A DNA stretch of 64,000 bases from Psilocybe cubensis (GCA_017499595.2 CM039008.1:1612001-1676000), one strand, 5' to 3'; shown: positions 26,577 to 39,146, counted from the stretch's first letter. Program-made: numbers and translations. Notes: generated from the sequence alone by a model not told the origin.

Positions 26577-27903
26577 TTTGTCCTGTGTGGAGAAACGAAA
26601 GTTCGCCAATGAAAGTTTGAAAGGGTGATGAAACTGGGCGTATTCCAGCAGGGGTCGACCGTCGAGAACTTTACATAGAAGAAGCAGAGGCTGAAGAGTG
26701 CATCTGCAGTCCCGAGTCTTCAAATATCTCAACGGAAAGGTCTGATTCATCTGATTCTGTTTGTTCCCTTTGTCAAGCAAGGTCGAGAAACAGCATCCCT
26801 ATGCTCGGCGAAGGGTGATAACATTTTGGAGCGCTGACAACTTCATAGAAAATAAAGAACACTGGACAGGGGATTCGGCCATTGGTGCGATAATGGAAAA
26901 CGCCAATATTAGAACTCGATAGCCCGAGACACTTCGGCAGTAGCTCGCTCGTCAACCGTCTCATTTGTCGCATTCATTCTGATATGGCACAAAGCTTTAG
27001 TCTGCACCAACGCGATGCATTGCAAACCTTGCGGCAGATTGAAATGATAGCCCAACTGATCGAAAAATGAGGAACGTGTTTATTGGTTGCCCAATGCTGA
27101 CATCGTAGTCGTAGCGTTCTGAAGTCCGCTGAGATTTGTGTGTGCTGGAGTTCTCGTTCTGGACTTGGAAATCAGATTATTGCCATTGTTAATGGAAAAG
27201 GCTGTGCCAGAAATGCGACAGGGTCCATGTGCTTGAGTTGAGTCAAAAAGTCAAATCAAAGGTCAGGTCGAGGTGCCAGATTAGTAGCGCCGCAGCGCGT
27301 CTTTGTGACAACTTTGCCGTGATTGGGTATGAACACCCCGGACCCATCAGTCACATCGCCTAAAAACTCTAAGTACAGAAGCTTTAAGGAACTTGTGAGG
27401 TGATGACGCACGGGTACTGAACGGGAGCTTAAATGCGGGTACCTTGGCACAGTCGATGAGAAAGTAGGATTGGTACTTTGAGAGAATCGCGTGAAAATCA
27501 CAGACAATGTGTTGAATTTTGAAACAGTGAAGCCCTTATTTATGCCGTCTGAGTTTGAAATGGTGTGGGACTAAAGCATTATTAGTCTCTACTAACGATC
27601 TTGAGAAGTAATACAACTTGGAGGAGAAAGGATCCTCTCGACCAGTGGCAACGTATGTCCTAATATTTGAGCAAAGAAAATGTACAAGTCATTACCATTA
27701 CAAAAATGAATAAGTAAGACAAGTCCTAAAATAATTTGGCACACTCTAGAGTCTAAAATGTATTCAAATAATTCATTACTGTAATCTTATCTGGACATCT
27801 CCGGACTGCACCCATATCCCGTAATTGGCACAGTCTCCTTTCCGACTGACTACCACCACTCTACACTTGAATCCGCTCATCACAGCTTTTATTCGCGTAT
27901 ACC

Positions 27904-28452
27904 ATGTCGTGGCAAGGTATGCGCAGAAAATCATGTCAGGATTTCAATAACTTATATGTTCTCTATAGCTTACGTCGACAACAACCTCCTCGGAACCGGC
28001 AAGGTTGCCAAAGCTGCAATCCTTGGTTTGGCTGGAGGCGTGTGGGCTAAGTCGCCTGGTTTTGACGTATGTTTAAATGTAGCAGCATCTTAAGATCTGT
28101 CGCGAACGTGTTTCTCTTTCTAGATCACCCCTGAGGAGCAGAAAGCCATCATCGCTGGATTCTCAGCGCCCGACACCATTCAAGCCAGCGGTGTCCGTCT
28201 CGCAGGCCAAAAGTTTTACACACTTTTTGTAATTGATCGCACTATCCAGGCGAAGAAGGCGGTAAGTTTCCATAACTTTATGAATAAAATCGTGTTTGTG
28301 ATCGCGAGCATACGATACAGGCCGATGGCGTTGTCATTGTCAAGACTAAGCAAGCCGTGCTGGTCGCTGAATATGTCGGTCCCGTGCAAGCGCCCGAGGT
28401 CACACCCATCGTCGAAGGGCTCGCCGATTATCTGATCTCTGTTGGATATTAG
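27904..28452 (+). CDS. PFY1: Profilin (4 exons; absent from the ORF track)
   Basis: Spliced: MSWQ|AYVDNNLLGTGKVAKAAILGLAGGVWAKSPGFD|ITPEEQKAII..GVRLAGQKFY..AKKA|ADGVVIVKTKQAVLVAEY..VEGLADYLISVGY*. Confidence 0.97.
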
Positions 28453-28725
28453 ACATTACCCCATCCAACCACACCCACTGGAACGGAGAAAGTCGAATGA
28501 TGTTATCAAACTGCAATTACCCTTACTATGTATCTTTATCGCGCGCCGTTGTTCAATTCTATCTTCGCCTGCTCGCTTGTGATTTGTGCTCTCCCTCTCC
28601 AAACGCGACTCACGACGATGCCCGCTCAGCGGTCATCATACGGTTTTGTGAGTCATTGTTGAATCCGATCACAGAAAATCAGGCAGTAAATCGAGAAAAG
28701 AGAAGAAAGGAAAATATTTTAAAAA

Positions 28726-31700
28726 TTACAATATACTAATAAACCCATTATTACAGAACAAGCACCTTTGAACTGCTTCTAGGAGGTCTTCCACAACCCA
28801 CCCTTGTGCAATTTTTGGTAGATCCTTCTGCGCCGAGGGCGGAAGTAAAGCCTTTCGACTGCATCCTACGCAGGTCCGTACCCATGGCGTAGACAAGATA
28901 AAGGTCGTTACTGAGCAACGAGCTATGCAAAAATAAATAAGCAAAAATGGTGAATAAAGCAATTAACAAAGCCATACCCCATCTGTGCCCATTGCCACAT
29001 ACAGCTGTCGTGATATCTTCCAACGGTACGTCCATACCACAAGCAGGACACAATTCATTCAGTTTCGACGACAACCCCTCTGGAGTTCCCGATTCCGACG
29101 AAGATGGTGCGTTGAGGAGAGGCTGGATGAGTACAGATAGTTGATTTCCTTCTTCAGTTAGCTCGGGAGGACATCCATGGAGCAACGATTGCACAATCAT
29201 TCGGGACACGAATGGAATATCATTGGCTGGGCGATGAACGTTAGCTGTATGTGAAATAACAAACCGAGGGGCAGAATATTTACGTGTAAGTGATTTGATA
29301 GCAGCAATGAGATGGCGTATAATAGTGCGCAGGATGCGATAAGAGATGGCGTTGAGAAGATCTTGAGCAACGACTCCGCATTCCGTGCGACGCTCTTCGT
29401 TGCTAGCCAATTTCTTTTAAATTTCAAAGGAATGGCACATCAGATACCTGATTCAGAGATTTTTTGTCGAAGAAAGTGACGCGTACCCATGCAAAGTCGG
29501 CAAGCGAGAGTCTCATCCTCAAAGAGAGTAAATCGTCCCATCCAAATAATGAAGTAGACACCGAGTACCGAAATTGGCATCTGACATCATCATTGAGGAC
29601 TTCCTGCAGAGGAGGCACCGTGATTGTCTTGGACAAATCTTCCACCAACGGTCGCGTTGCTAAAATCTCCAAGAGTTTTGAGTGTAGGTTATGCAATTTC
29701 GCTGGGTCACGGAGGTGCAGCATGTACGGTCGAAGCAGGTAAAGAGGGGAATAACCTGATGCTGTGATAAAATTTCAGAGAAGGAATTACATCGTGAATA
29801 TGAGTTAAGGCATACATGCTTTTACTGTATTAAGAAGAGTGGCGAGATCTTGCAGCAGAAGCTCATCATTTTCATCCTCCCACATCGGTGTGACAATCAG
29901 CGTGGTTCTATGCTTTGCATCGTGCTTATAGCTGAAGTCAGAGGGACAAGCCGACCTGAACAAAAAGTAAAGTAACAATGTATGAACCAACCAAATTCAA
30001 AAAGCGAAACATTAAAAGCACGCACTCATACACCCACAGAAAGCAGGCATTGTCATCATATGACACCGCGCCGTTAACCTGGACCATATCCCTTCTATCC
30101 ACTGCACCTTTTTCCATCCTGACAAATATCCCGCGCGACACGCTCGACAGTCCATCCGACGTCAACTGCTCTCCGCCCGTATCGACTACAGTGCGCGTCG
30201 CCCAGACCGGGTCCGTCGAGAATGAGCGTAGAACGTGGAACGATCCGTCGAACAGTGTCACCACCAGCCTGTCTTGTTTGCGCAGGTACGTGAGTCCTGT
30301 GACAGGGTGCAAAGCAGACGCGTCGGAAGAAATTTTTTGAGTCTGTAGGCGAAGCGAGCGGAAGCCGGTCCAGTATGCTGTGGTTGTGGGGACATTATCT
30401 GAAGTGGCGGACCAAAGATTAACAAGACCTGGGTGGGAGGACACGAGAATCGGCTGAAGGACTGAAGGTGAGGATAGTTATAGATTGGGATTATAGCTAC
30501 TAACACTTCTGCCGGGGACATGGATCCAATGCAACGCAGTAATTCCAGTCCGTGATTCGGGCCCATATATCAAACTTGATTCATGTTCTAACTTGACTTG
30601 AATGTCATAGCTCTTCGAGAAAGAGAAGGTGGTCGTGTTTTCCTGTAATATTTGACTGATCTTGACTAATCCAACCGAGCCGTCGGATATACCGTATGCC
30701 AAATATCCTTCGCCTTATCTTGTACATGAGTAAAAATCTATTTAATGATAAAGAAATCCATACGTACAATGACCATGCACAACAGTGTTCCAACCTTGGA
30801 ACGCGGTATGAGTGATCCATTTGTCAGCGACTGCAAGTGTGGCCACAATTTCAGGATTGTCAGCCTTCCGATACCTACGTAGGCGTCAAGAAGGAAATAA
30901 ATCAGATTACAATAAAGTGACCTTAAAAAATTTAAACAGCCAGCTCGAGTCCCAAGTATTAATAAGGATGCATCTATCGATGGCTCAGGGACCAAACCAA
31001 AGTTAGGTCGAGGCGACCACTCGATACCTGGATGGCTCGAGTCAGCTTGATCAAATGGAAAGGGAAAGGGATTAGCTTACAGGCGGCCTGAGCTTGCAAG
31101 ATCGACGCAAGGTCCTCTTTTTCTTTGGTTGCAAAGTGATCCACAAGGAAGGAAGTCAGGTCGAAAATCTGTTCTGCGATGATTACATGAATTCAAAAAA
31201 TTCATGATAAACGTACATTAAACCATTCTCCCTTGAGGTAATTCTTTCCAGCTATCCAAAAATTGATGTCCATGTTGGAGCTAAGAGACACGAAAATGCA
31301 TCTTGATGGCCAACGTAAGGCTTTGTACACAGTTTTCGACGAAACGGCATACTCACCCACCATTTGACGCAACACCAACGGGCGAAATTGCCATTGATAT
31401 GACGGACATGTCAATTGAACCTAACGATACAGCACCCCAGGCTAAAGGTCTCAAGCATGGTATCAATTTCTTTCCGTTTTTCATGCACCAACTGCGCGTA
31501 TACCTTGCGAATACTCGGGCCATCTTGTAGGTGTAATTTTGTCATGCTGGATCATGGTCTTGAACCAACCAAGGACTGGTACATCCTTCCCCGGCGTCGC
31601 CTTGATGACAGAAGTGTTGTCAAAGTTTATGCCATGGTCGGGAGTCTATGGAACATTCAGATAAGAAAGTGGCACAAGGCGAAAAAAAGCCTCACGAAAA

Positions 31701-31821
31701 TTATACCGGAATTCTTCGTAATGAAGCATAATTGACCATCTGGGGACCACTGTACACACTTCAAGGATGGGTACGACGTGACAGTTGGAATGACCAGGGC
31801 CGAGTACAATGGTAGCGTCAT
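28726..31821 (-). CDS. Transcription factor IIIC subunit delta (TFIIIC90/Tfc8/Sfc9-like), multi-exon
   Basis: The N-terminus is MTLPLYSALVIP..VQWSPDGQLCF, followed by WD-like segments. The C-terminal zf-TFIIIC-type Cys pattern is CPAC..C.NGH.W.RCS.T..RTCVGC..CLFC. Confidence 0.78.
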
Positions 31822-32385
31822 TTAGAATTGGTGATCTTGAGATTGCTTTGAAACGCGTCTTATTCGTCCTTGTTGCGGAGATTCTCGACTGTTGCACATT
31901 GATGTTAAAACCAGACAATATGCATGAGACAGTTCAGATGGAAAAGAACCTTGGAATGCGGCTTGCAAGTCAGCGACGTCAAAAAAGATTCATGAAAGAT
32001 GAAGTTGCATTAAATGAATTGTTCAGAGGCTTTAAGATTCCGACAACGCGGCGTATCTATCGGTATGTACAAGACGCGAGCCGTAGACGTCACCATTCTA
32101 ATTTTCAGCTTTTAAAGCTCCGACAGAAAGGCATTGTGCCTTTCCGGGCTGTCGGGTGTCCCCTCATGCTCTGCTCTCATGCAATGTTTTAAAATCGCAC
32201 ATCTTATCATCTGTTTCACAGTTTGGCCTAATGCGCTCTCACGTTTGAAGGCTCTCACAGGAATGAGAATAGGTTGATGGTCCTATGTCAATGCTCCATT
32301 ATCTTTGAATGCTATATAACAGAAGCGCATAGCACTGGCATATGATGCTGCTTAGCTGGTCTTCTTTTCTTTTGCATATCAAACA

Positions 32386-33700
32386 ATGCCCTGGAAGCCT
32401 TTCACGCTCAACGATGGTCAGTTTCTTATTCTCGCAATTGTCCTGACTCCAAAACTCAGTGTATCTTTGGCCGTCCTTGTAATCCAGGAAATGTTATGCC
32501 CGGCATTGCGTACGTGGTACGACTGCTATAAAAACTCGCAGAGGGAAACTTGTCTTCATCCATTAGCTATGGAACCTGGCGTACAGGAAAGGATCAAGAG
32601 GCTATTGATTTTGCCCAGCAAGCCATTTCTGCTGGTATATACCATATAGGTTGGTATTCATTGGCACTAATTCCATGTTGATGTATTAATTGTGCATTGC
32701 TCTCCTATTTGCATTGACTAGACACTGCTCAGAACTATAGAAACGAAGCAGAAGCGGGGATTGCCATACGTGAAAGTGGCTTGCCACGGGAAAAGATCTT
32801 CGTGACAACTAAATGGTCTAGATTGAACGGCTTGGATATCGCGACATCGTTTCAAAACAGTTTAAAAGAGGTAAGTTTTTTAGAAAGATTCTGATAACGT
32901 GCAATGATATATCGGGTATCAAAGCTTAATATCTCTTACATCGACCTCTACTTGATTCATGGTGCGGAGTTGTGCGATGATATTCCATCCTGCTGGAAAG
33001 AAATGGAGAAAATAAAAGATTCGGGATTAGCGAAGTATGACTCGAAGTCTTTATCTTTTGCTTTCTCAACTCATGACATATATATATCAGGAGTATAGGC
33101 GTCAGCAATTTCGAGGTGGCTGACCTGGAACAGCTCTTCACTGTTTCGAAGTATACTCCTACCGTAAATCAGGTATATTAGTACGCCAGTATCTCTCCAT
33201 TACTCAAGATGACTGAAGTACCTGTGTATCTCTAGATTCTATTCCATCCCTACGTTTATGAGGAATCGTTGCCCATACTCGACATTTGCAAACAAGAGGG
33301 GATAATTGTTGAGGCTTATAGCCCATTAATGTAAATTCCTGTCCATGCTTTATTTCATTTGAAAAATGTGATATCTCATTCAACTCTATCCATTAGTCCC
33401 GTTACAAAGTATCCAGGGAAATCGGTTGACAAGATTTCCAGCTCTATTGCTAGGCGTCTCAGCGCAACTAATGATCAAGTTCTTCTCGCATGGGCAAAGG
33501 CCAAGGGTACAGTTCCTGTTACTAATAGCAAAAAGAAGCAGAGACTGGAGGGGTTTGTCAAAGCTGGTGACCTTAGTGAGTGTATTCACACGTTGTCCTA
33601 TCGAAGTTGAAACCAAATGCGAACATTGCTCTGACATCGTCTGTTAGTGTTAACGCCTGACGATATTGCTTCCATCGACGAAGCTGGGAAAGATGTCTGA
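32386..33700 (+). CDS. Aldo-keto reductase (paralogue 3)
   Basis: Exons MPWKPFTLNDG, YGTW, DTAQNYRNEAEAG..FVTTKW, YIDLYLIHG, SIGVSNF, VEAYSPL, DQVLLAWAKAKG..RLEGFVKAGD and IASIDEAGKDV*. Confidence 0.92.
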
Positions 33701-33899
33701 GGGCAGGCCAACAATTTTTTTGGGCCAAAGTGCCCGTAGTCTAGATTTTACGCAGAACCCTGTAAGATCATGACTTTTCGTTTCTTTAAAGGCGGTTGCA
33801 AGGCGTGCGTCGAGACTACACAAGGAGTTCATGCTTCATTCGGAACTTTCGAAGACCTAACAAAGTGGTTACGCTAAATTAAATACAACTTATTCATGT

Positions 33900-34802
33900 T
33901 CACTGGCTAAAGACCGTCCCCTCCATCACTTCTACAGCTCCTCCCGCCAGCTGTATTTTTTGAATTTTCTTGTCAGACCCGATGTCAACCGAAACTTCTA
34001 TCTCACTTCTCCTGCCCATCTCGACGCCTTGTACAATACTGATTTGATGGCTGCCCTCTCCACGTTTTTGAGCGAGCCATCCGCCAAGTGTGGATGCTGC
34101 AGAGCCAGTTGCAGGATCTTCTATGCCGTCAGAGAACAACCTAGTTCGTACTACACCATCCTTGGTCTGGTAAAACGCATAGAGCCCAACAAACCCTTGC
34201 CATTCCCCAAGATGCGAATCCGACAACTCGAACTGCTGGGAAGTTAGCTGAAGGCGGGAAAGTGCATCTTCAGAGGCAACTTCGACCAGGTAGAAAGTCA
34301 TTCCTTTGACTATGGACACTACAGGCTCCGCTCCATCGGCGCCAAAGATGTAGTCCGATCCGGACAGACGTGTTTGTTGCGCCTTGAACTCTGGAAGAGG
34401 GTGCGATGCGTGAACTTTGAAGTCGGTCGGAACCTCTATTCTCACTTTGCCTCCATCTGCTTTCACAACGGGTATGTTCCCCGCTTTGGTTCGGAGAGTG
34501 ACGCTCTCCCTAGTGGGATTCCGGGACAGCAAGTACCACCCGCTTCCCACAGTAGGGTGTCCAGCAAAGGGTAGCTCTCTGGTGGGGGTGAAGATATCTA
34601 TTGTCACAGGGGAATCCGCATCGGAGGTTTCGTGAAGAAAGACGGTTTCTGAGAAGTTGAACTCTCGTGCGATGATCTGTTTCTGGCTCTGCGTTAGACC
34701 ACCTTCGAGATCGCTGGGAATCCGGACGATCGCCAGTGGATTGCCGAGAAAGCGCGTCGAAGTGAAGACGTCGAGATTTGTGAATGCAAGTTTTGTTGCC
34801 AT
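33900..34802 (-). CDS. PhzF/PhzC family (diaminopimelate epimerase-like) isomerase, intronless, 300 aa
   Basis: Motifs DVFT..FLGNPLAIV, IAREFNFSETVF, IFTPTRELPFAGHPTVG, EDPATGSAA and QGVEMGRRS. Confidence 0.95.
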   Translation of the reverse strand: MATKLAFTNLDVFTSTRFLGNPLAIVRIPSDLEGGLTQSQKQIIAREFNFSETVFLHETSDADSPVTIDIFTPTRELPFAGHPTVGSGWYLLSRNPTRESVTLRTKAGNIPVVKADGGKVRIEVPTDFKVHASHPLPEFKAQQTRLSGSDYIFGADGAEPVVSIVKGMTFYLVEVASEDALSRLQLTSQQFELSDSHLGEWQGFVGLYAFYQTKDGVVRTRLFSDGIEDPATGSAASTLGGWLAQKRGEGSHQISIVQGVEMGRRSEIEVSVDIGSDKKIQKIQLAGGAVEVMEGTVFSQ

Positions 34803-35226
34803 ATCAGTCGATTCCAGATATTTTGTTAGGGTGTAGAACGTATCGCTTACACTGCTGGCAGCTATCCGTATATGACGAAAATATACGAATTAGAAACATG
34901 TTTCGTGTTTAAAAATTGATATTTTGTTGCCAAATATGTTTTATATATTGCCTCAAAAAAAGTATCATATACAAAATGTATTTTCAACCTATAATTTTCG
35001 ACTTTACTGGTGATATTTTGTACTAATATATGTAATAGTATATAAAAAGAATATTGATTCGTATTTTTTAGATAAATTCGTGACGCTTTTGTCACAACTT
35101 TTAAATTAGATATACGTTATGTTTCTGTCAAGTATTTTGGAGAATTTTCAATCATATATTCTGCCGATATTTTTTGTGCAAAAGAATATTTTCAAATTCA
35201 TAAAATGTATTATATATAAGTCACTT

Positions 35227-35256
35227 AGTGAGTCACTCAACAGTAAGTGACTCACT
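35227..35256. promoter_or_regulatory. Inverted pair of TGASTCA (Gcn4/CpcA/AP-1-type) sites
   Basis: AGTGAGTCACT (35227-35237) and AGTGACTCACT (35246-35256) form a perfect 11-bp inverted repeat with an 8-nt spacer, ~430 bp upstream of the PhzF start. Function is inferred. Confidence 0.45.
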
Positions 35257-35715
35257 GAGAAGTGACCGCTTATTAATCAATGCCAAGGTATAGTGAGTGG
35301 TGAGTCGCTTTTTCAGTGAGTTTCGTAGCGACATAACACAACCTGAGTGTATCCATTTCAACTCCTTATCATTGTCTTAAAGGTCTACGTGTATCTATTT
35401 TCCTTTTTCTTGAAGTCGAAGGTAACGTTTTCACTAAGTACATAGCATATAACTTGATTTTTTGACTTCCGGTAAACAGTGGAAGGAGATGGATTTATAA
35501 CTTTTCTTGTACAGTGATATTTTGCTAATACTGGCACTCTCAGCTATACAATGTGGATTGATTTGAAGGGACACGTTTCTTCAGAATAGTGCGTGATACA
35601 ATTTATTGTCATCCCGCAGGCCCCCGTATTTGTTATGAGTGAGTCTCTTTTTTGTTTGTGCTTCAAAATAAACGTCCAAAGCTACACCCTACAGACCCGC
35701 TCTATATTTTAGTGC

Positions 35716-35880
35716 ATGAACTCATCACCACCCATACCGCACCCAAACGCCAATGCATTCTCGTGGTATGTCAATTGTATGCGCGCACCCAGGGAGGTCC
35801 AGCAACACGAGCTCAGCAAGCAAGCCGGAAAAGTATGGAAAAGCATGTCCGACGAGGAGAAGAAACCATTCTATCTTGTC
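35716..35880 (+). pseudogene. Truncated HMG-box fragment
   Basis: IPHPNANAFSWY..ELSKQAGKVWKSMSDEEKKPFY matches HMG-box helices 1-2. Most of helix 3 and the YPxYKY tail are missing. Confidence 0.7.
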
Positions 35881-36329
35881 TGCAACGGCTTGCAGTTTTG
35901 CTCATTCGTGAATTTTTTGTCTGTGCAATTCTGCAGCGACCGTCTGACACCGTCCCTTCTGTCGCACTTTGACTCACCTTTGTTCTTTGTCGCCATCTTT
36001 GGGATTGTCTTCTTGTGTGCCGCTACTGGCCTTTCGATTCCAGTTGACGACGATATCCAAAACGCTCTTCAGCCTCAATACAAATTGGGGTGGTAGACTG
36101 GGGAGCCTCATTTGCACTGGTACACATACATACATAACCGATCATAACTGTGGATATTTCACCGTCTACGTCCCCTTTCACACCCGGTACACCTACCCGC
36201 CAGGAGCGCCATATCATTCCAGTACTATTAACACATCGCGGGCGTCCACACAAAATTGTACACGCTCACCGTTTCCGCATCGACGGCTACTTCAATCCTT
36301 TAACCTAACCCCACATAGTTGATACTCTA

Positions 36330-37653
36330 ATGGCTCCTCGACTCCGGGTCCTTGCAGGTACATCTCCTTCCTCGATGGTTCCCATAACACACCTCGTCAA
36401 CACTCCACATTCACACCCTATCCGCTCCGATTTGTTTGAAGGTGAATTGGTAGCGCAGATTCAGGGCATGACGGACGAACAGGGAAAAGTACACGAGTCT
36501 GAATATTTCAAGAGAGAAGATCGCGGCGGTGTTACATGGAGTATCGTTGTCCGAGGTGAGTTTGGTTTGCCTATTTTTGGTATTTCGAATTTGCACGATG
36601 TTCGAGTCGCGAGAAGGGGAAGGGTTATTCGTGTGATTCCGTGTGCTGACTTTCGGTGTTATTTTACGTTGGGTGGTGTGAAGGCCGGTTCCTCGTACTC
36701 TATTCAGCGGACGACATTTTATTCGGAAACACATTCGATAGGCCTCTCAAATTACCATGGGGAACAAGCGCGGTACTTAAATTCATGCAGTACGCTCATT
36801 TTATTTTTCTCTCCATCTCTCTCCATCTCTATATTTTTAACTTCAACTGATCTCCATTTCTATAGCTACATCGACCCAACTCTCAAACACGACCTCACAT
36901 CTTCCACCAAGCCATGGGCACTTTCACCACTAATATCGACCATGCCTCATTTCATGCACACGAGGATTCCACCTTCTTCCTCCTCATGTATGCTACCCCC
37001 CTTCTCAGCAAACCAGTCCATCCAAGACAGGAACTCTGGGCTGTACCTTGCCCTCTCTGATGAGCTCGATGAGGGAGATTCTGCATCCAGCTCATCAGGA
37101 ACATCATTCCGCTCTGCGTCCTCCTCCTCCGACAACGTTGCACCGGTAAGCCCGAGTCCCCTATCGACCGCCAGATCCAGCTCGAAGGGATCCTCAACCG
37201 GCGGCTCGAGCTTCTCTGTCAAATCCGCCATGCGCAAAGTCAAACCGAAGCATGCGCGGAGTACGCTTAGCACGGGCTCTTCTTCGTCGTCCGAGCAAGG
37301 AGAACGCCGTATGAAGCGTGAGCGGAAACTGCAGACGCTTTAGACAGCGTCGCAGCGGCGCAGCTACTTTGCGCAAAAAGCCCGCCGGCAGGTCTTCGGC
37401 CCGGAGGATGTGATCACGACCGATTTTTGTTATGGGTTTATCAGTTTTGCGCCGACGTTAGCTCCTGCAACTGCCCGGGGGATTGTCTTTTGACTTGATG
37501 AAGTATTGGGATGGACAGCCGGTTCGGTTTGTTTGTTGTGAGCGGGTGCGGAAGGAGGAAGGAGGAGAAGATAGGAACGGAAAGGAGCCATGGGGAAGGA
37601 TGTTTTGGTGTGTAGCTATCGAGATTGTGGATGAGGATGAGGATGTTAATTGA
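36330..37653 (+). pseudogene. DUF1769-family gene with an in-frame stop and a frameshift
   Basis: MAPRLRVLAG..SDLFEG..TWSIVVRG|RF..ADDILFGNTFDRPLKLPWG..IDPTL.HDL..PWALSPL. After TAG at 37341-37343 the frame continues (RRSYF..ITTDFCYGF). It then shifts near 37465 into LQLPGGLSFDLMKYWDGQPVRFVCC and ends at TGA 37651-37653. Confidence 0.8.
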
Positions 37654-38084
37654 GCTGGGTGGACTAGTCTTGGATTCAAACATCTTATAACATTTGTAAG
37701 GGACACTGTCGGACTTATTGGATAAAAAATCTATTAATATACCCCCAAACTTGCGGTCCCAGGTAACTTTTGAAAGTTTCAAACGGAATGTCGTAGAACT
37801 CGGAAAATGAAATTTGGATAAACTGTCATTTAATTGTTAATCTGGATTGGCAAATATCTCTACACAAACTACCCTGATGTTTGAAGCCCACATGACTCGG
37901 GCAAAGCTAAATGGTCGAAGTCGCCAATCATATACAGGTTTAGGGTTGTTGCCCGGTTTCACTGTGTTCGAGGTCACCATTTCAAAGTCAAGCGTAAGGA
38001 AATAGCTCAGATTTTCTTCTTCAATTGTGACTTATGTAGTAAACTTGGATTATTTGATTTTCAAATAGGATACCCGACGAAACC

Positions 38085-39146
38085 ATGGGCCTGCAAAACG
38101 TCGAGCACAATAAATGTCCACCTGATAATGTGGTTCTTCAATTCAAAGCATTGCGTCAGGCGTCATAAATACAAATTCAAACGATAAACGCCCAAGTAAA
38201 GCGTCTTAAAGCTAAATTAGCCGAACTCGAGGGAATTCTGCACATTATTTTTGAGCAATGCTTGACCGCGACTTGTTTCTAATACATCGTTTCAATGAAA
38301 TAGAGCGTTTTTTCTTTAATGTTGAATTCCATTTATCTGTAAAACCATATGCTATCTGATATGTAGTTTCTATTCTTTTCAGAATAAATGATGGCTATTA
38401 GTCCTTTAGTACAGGGGTGGACGCCATAACTTGGGACAGTCCTTCGGGTCCAGAGGATATGGTACAACTCTTGAAAACTATAAAATTGCGGTCAACGCTA
38501 CTCTCTCCTTATTCCAGTATCCCAAGGTCTTCCAGCGCTCTTTCAATCATTACACTCCTTGACACCGTACTTGATCAGCAATATGTTTAAACATTCCTTT
38601 TTCACCTTGTCGCTCTATATTCTTCAAATACTGAGTGCTGGAGTCATCCAAGCACTCGGCGCTCCAAATATTCTTCGGGGTAGAACAGCCGAACGTGCAA
38701 AAGATATGATATGAACTGGGAAAAGCATAAACACCGTTGCTGACGGTAGATTCTATTTTCAAGTACCGGCCTCCAACAAAGTAGGAGGAGGAGGATATGA
38801 CGACGAGTCTTCTGCCTCGCCTCCATGTCATAAATTCTCATGGCGTCCCATCGTCGAACAGAGAGATGACTCAAAAGGCAACGCTGCACTCGAAAGTACG
38901 CTCAACGATGTAGGAATTATGGATGGAATGTCTCTTATGCCGCGGATGACACGTCAGAAGAACATTGAGTCTAAGCGTAGAAAATATCGTCACCCCGGCA
39001 AGAAAGGCGACGGCTCGGAGCCTGACGACCAAAAACCGGACTTGAAACCTTGGAGGCATAAGGATAAGAAGTATGGAAACGAGAAGCCTGAGGAAAAGAA
39101 TGCTGTTCTTTTTGACGTCCAAGTGACCAGAGAACAAGCACATTAA
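38085..39146 (+). pseudogene. Degraded unknown gene (coiled-coil start, charged C-terminus)
   Basis: MGLQNVEH..LRQAS*IQIQTINAQVKRLKAKLAELEG reads through a stop. Further coding-like pieces with stops run to the K/R/E-rich ORF 38919..39146. Confidence 0.35.

Noticed and set aside
5619-34802. Three AKRs, a 2OG oxygenase and PhzF read as a secondary-metabolite cluster
   Set aside because: No backbone enzyme, transporter or pathway regulator is present, and the genes are interspersed with ORC5, NOP4, profilin and a TFIIIC subunit.
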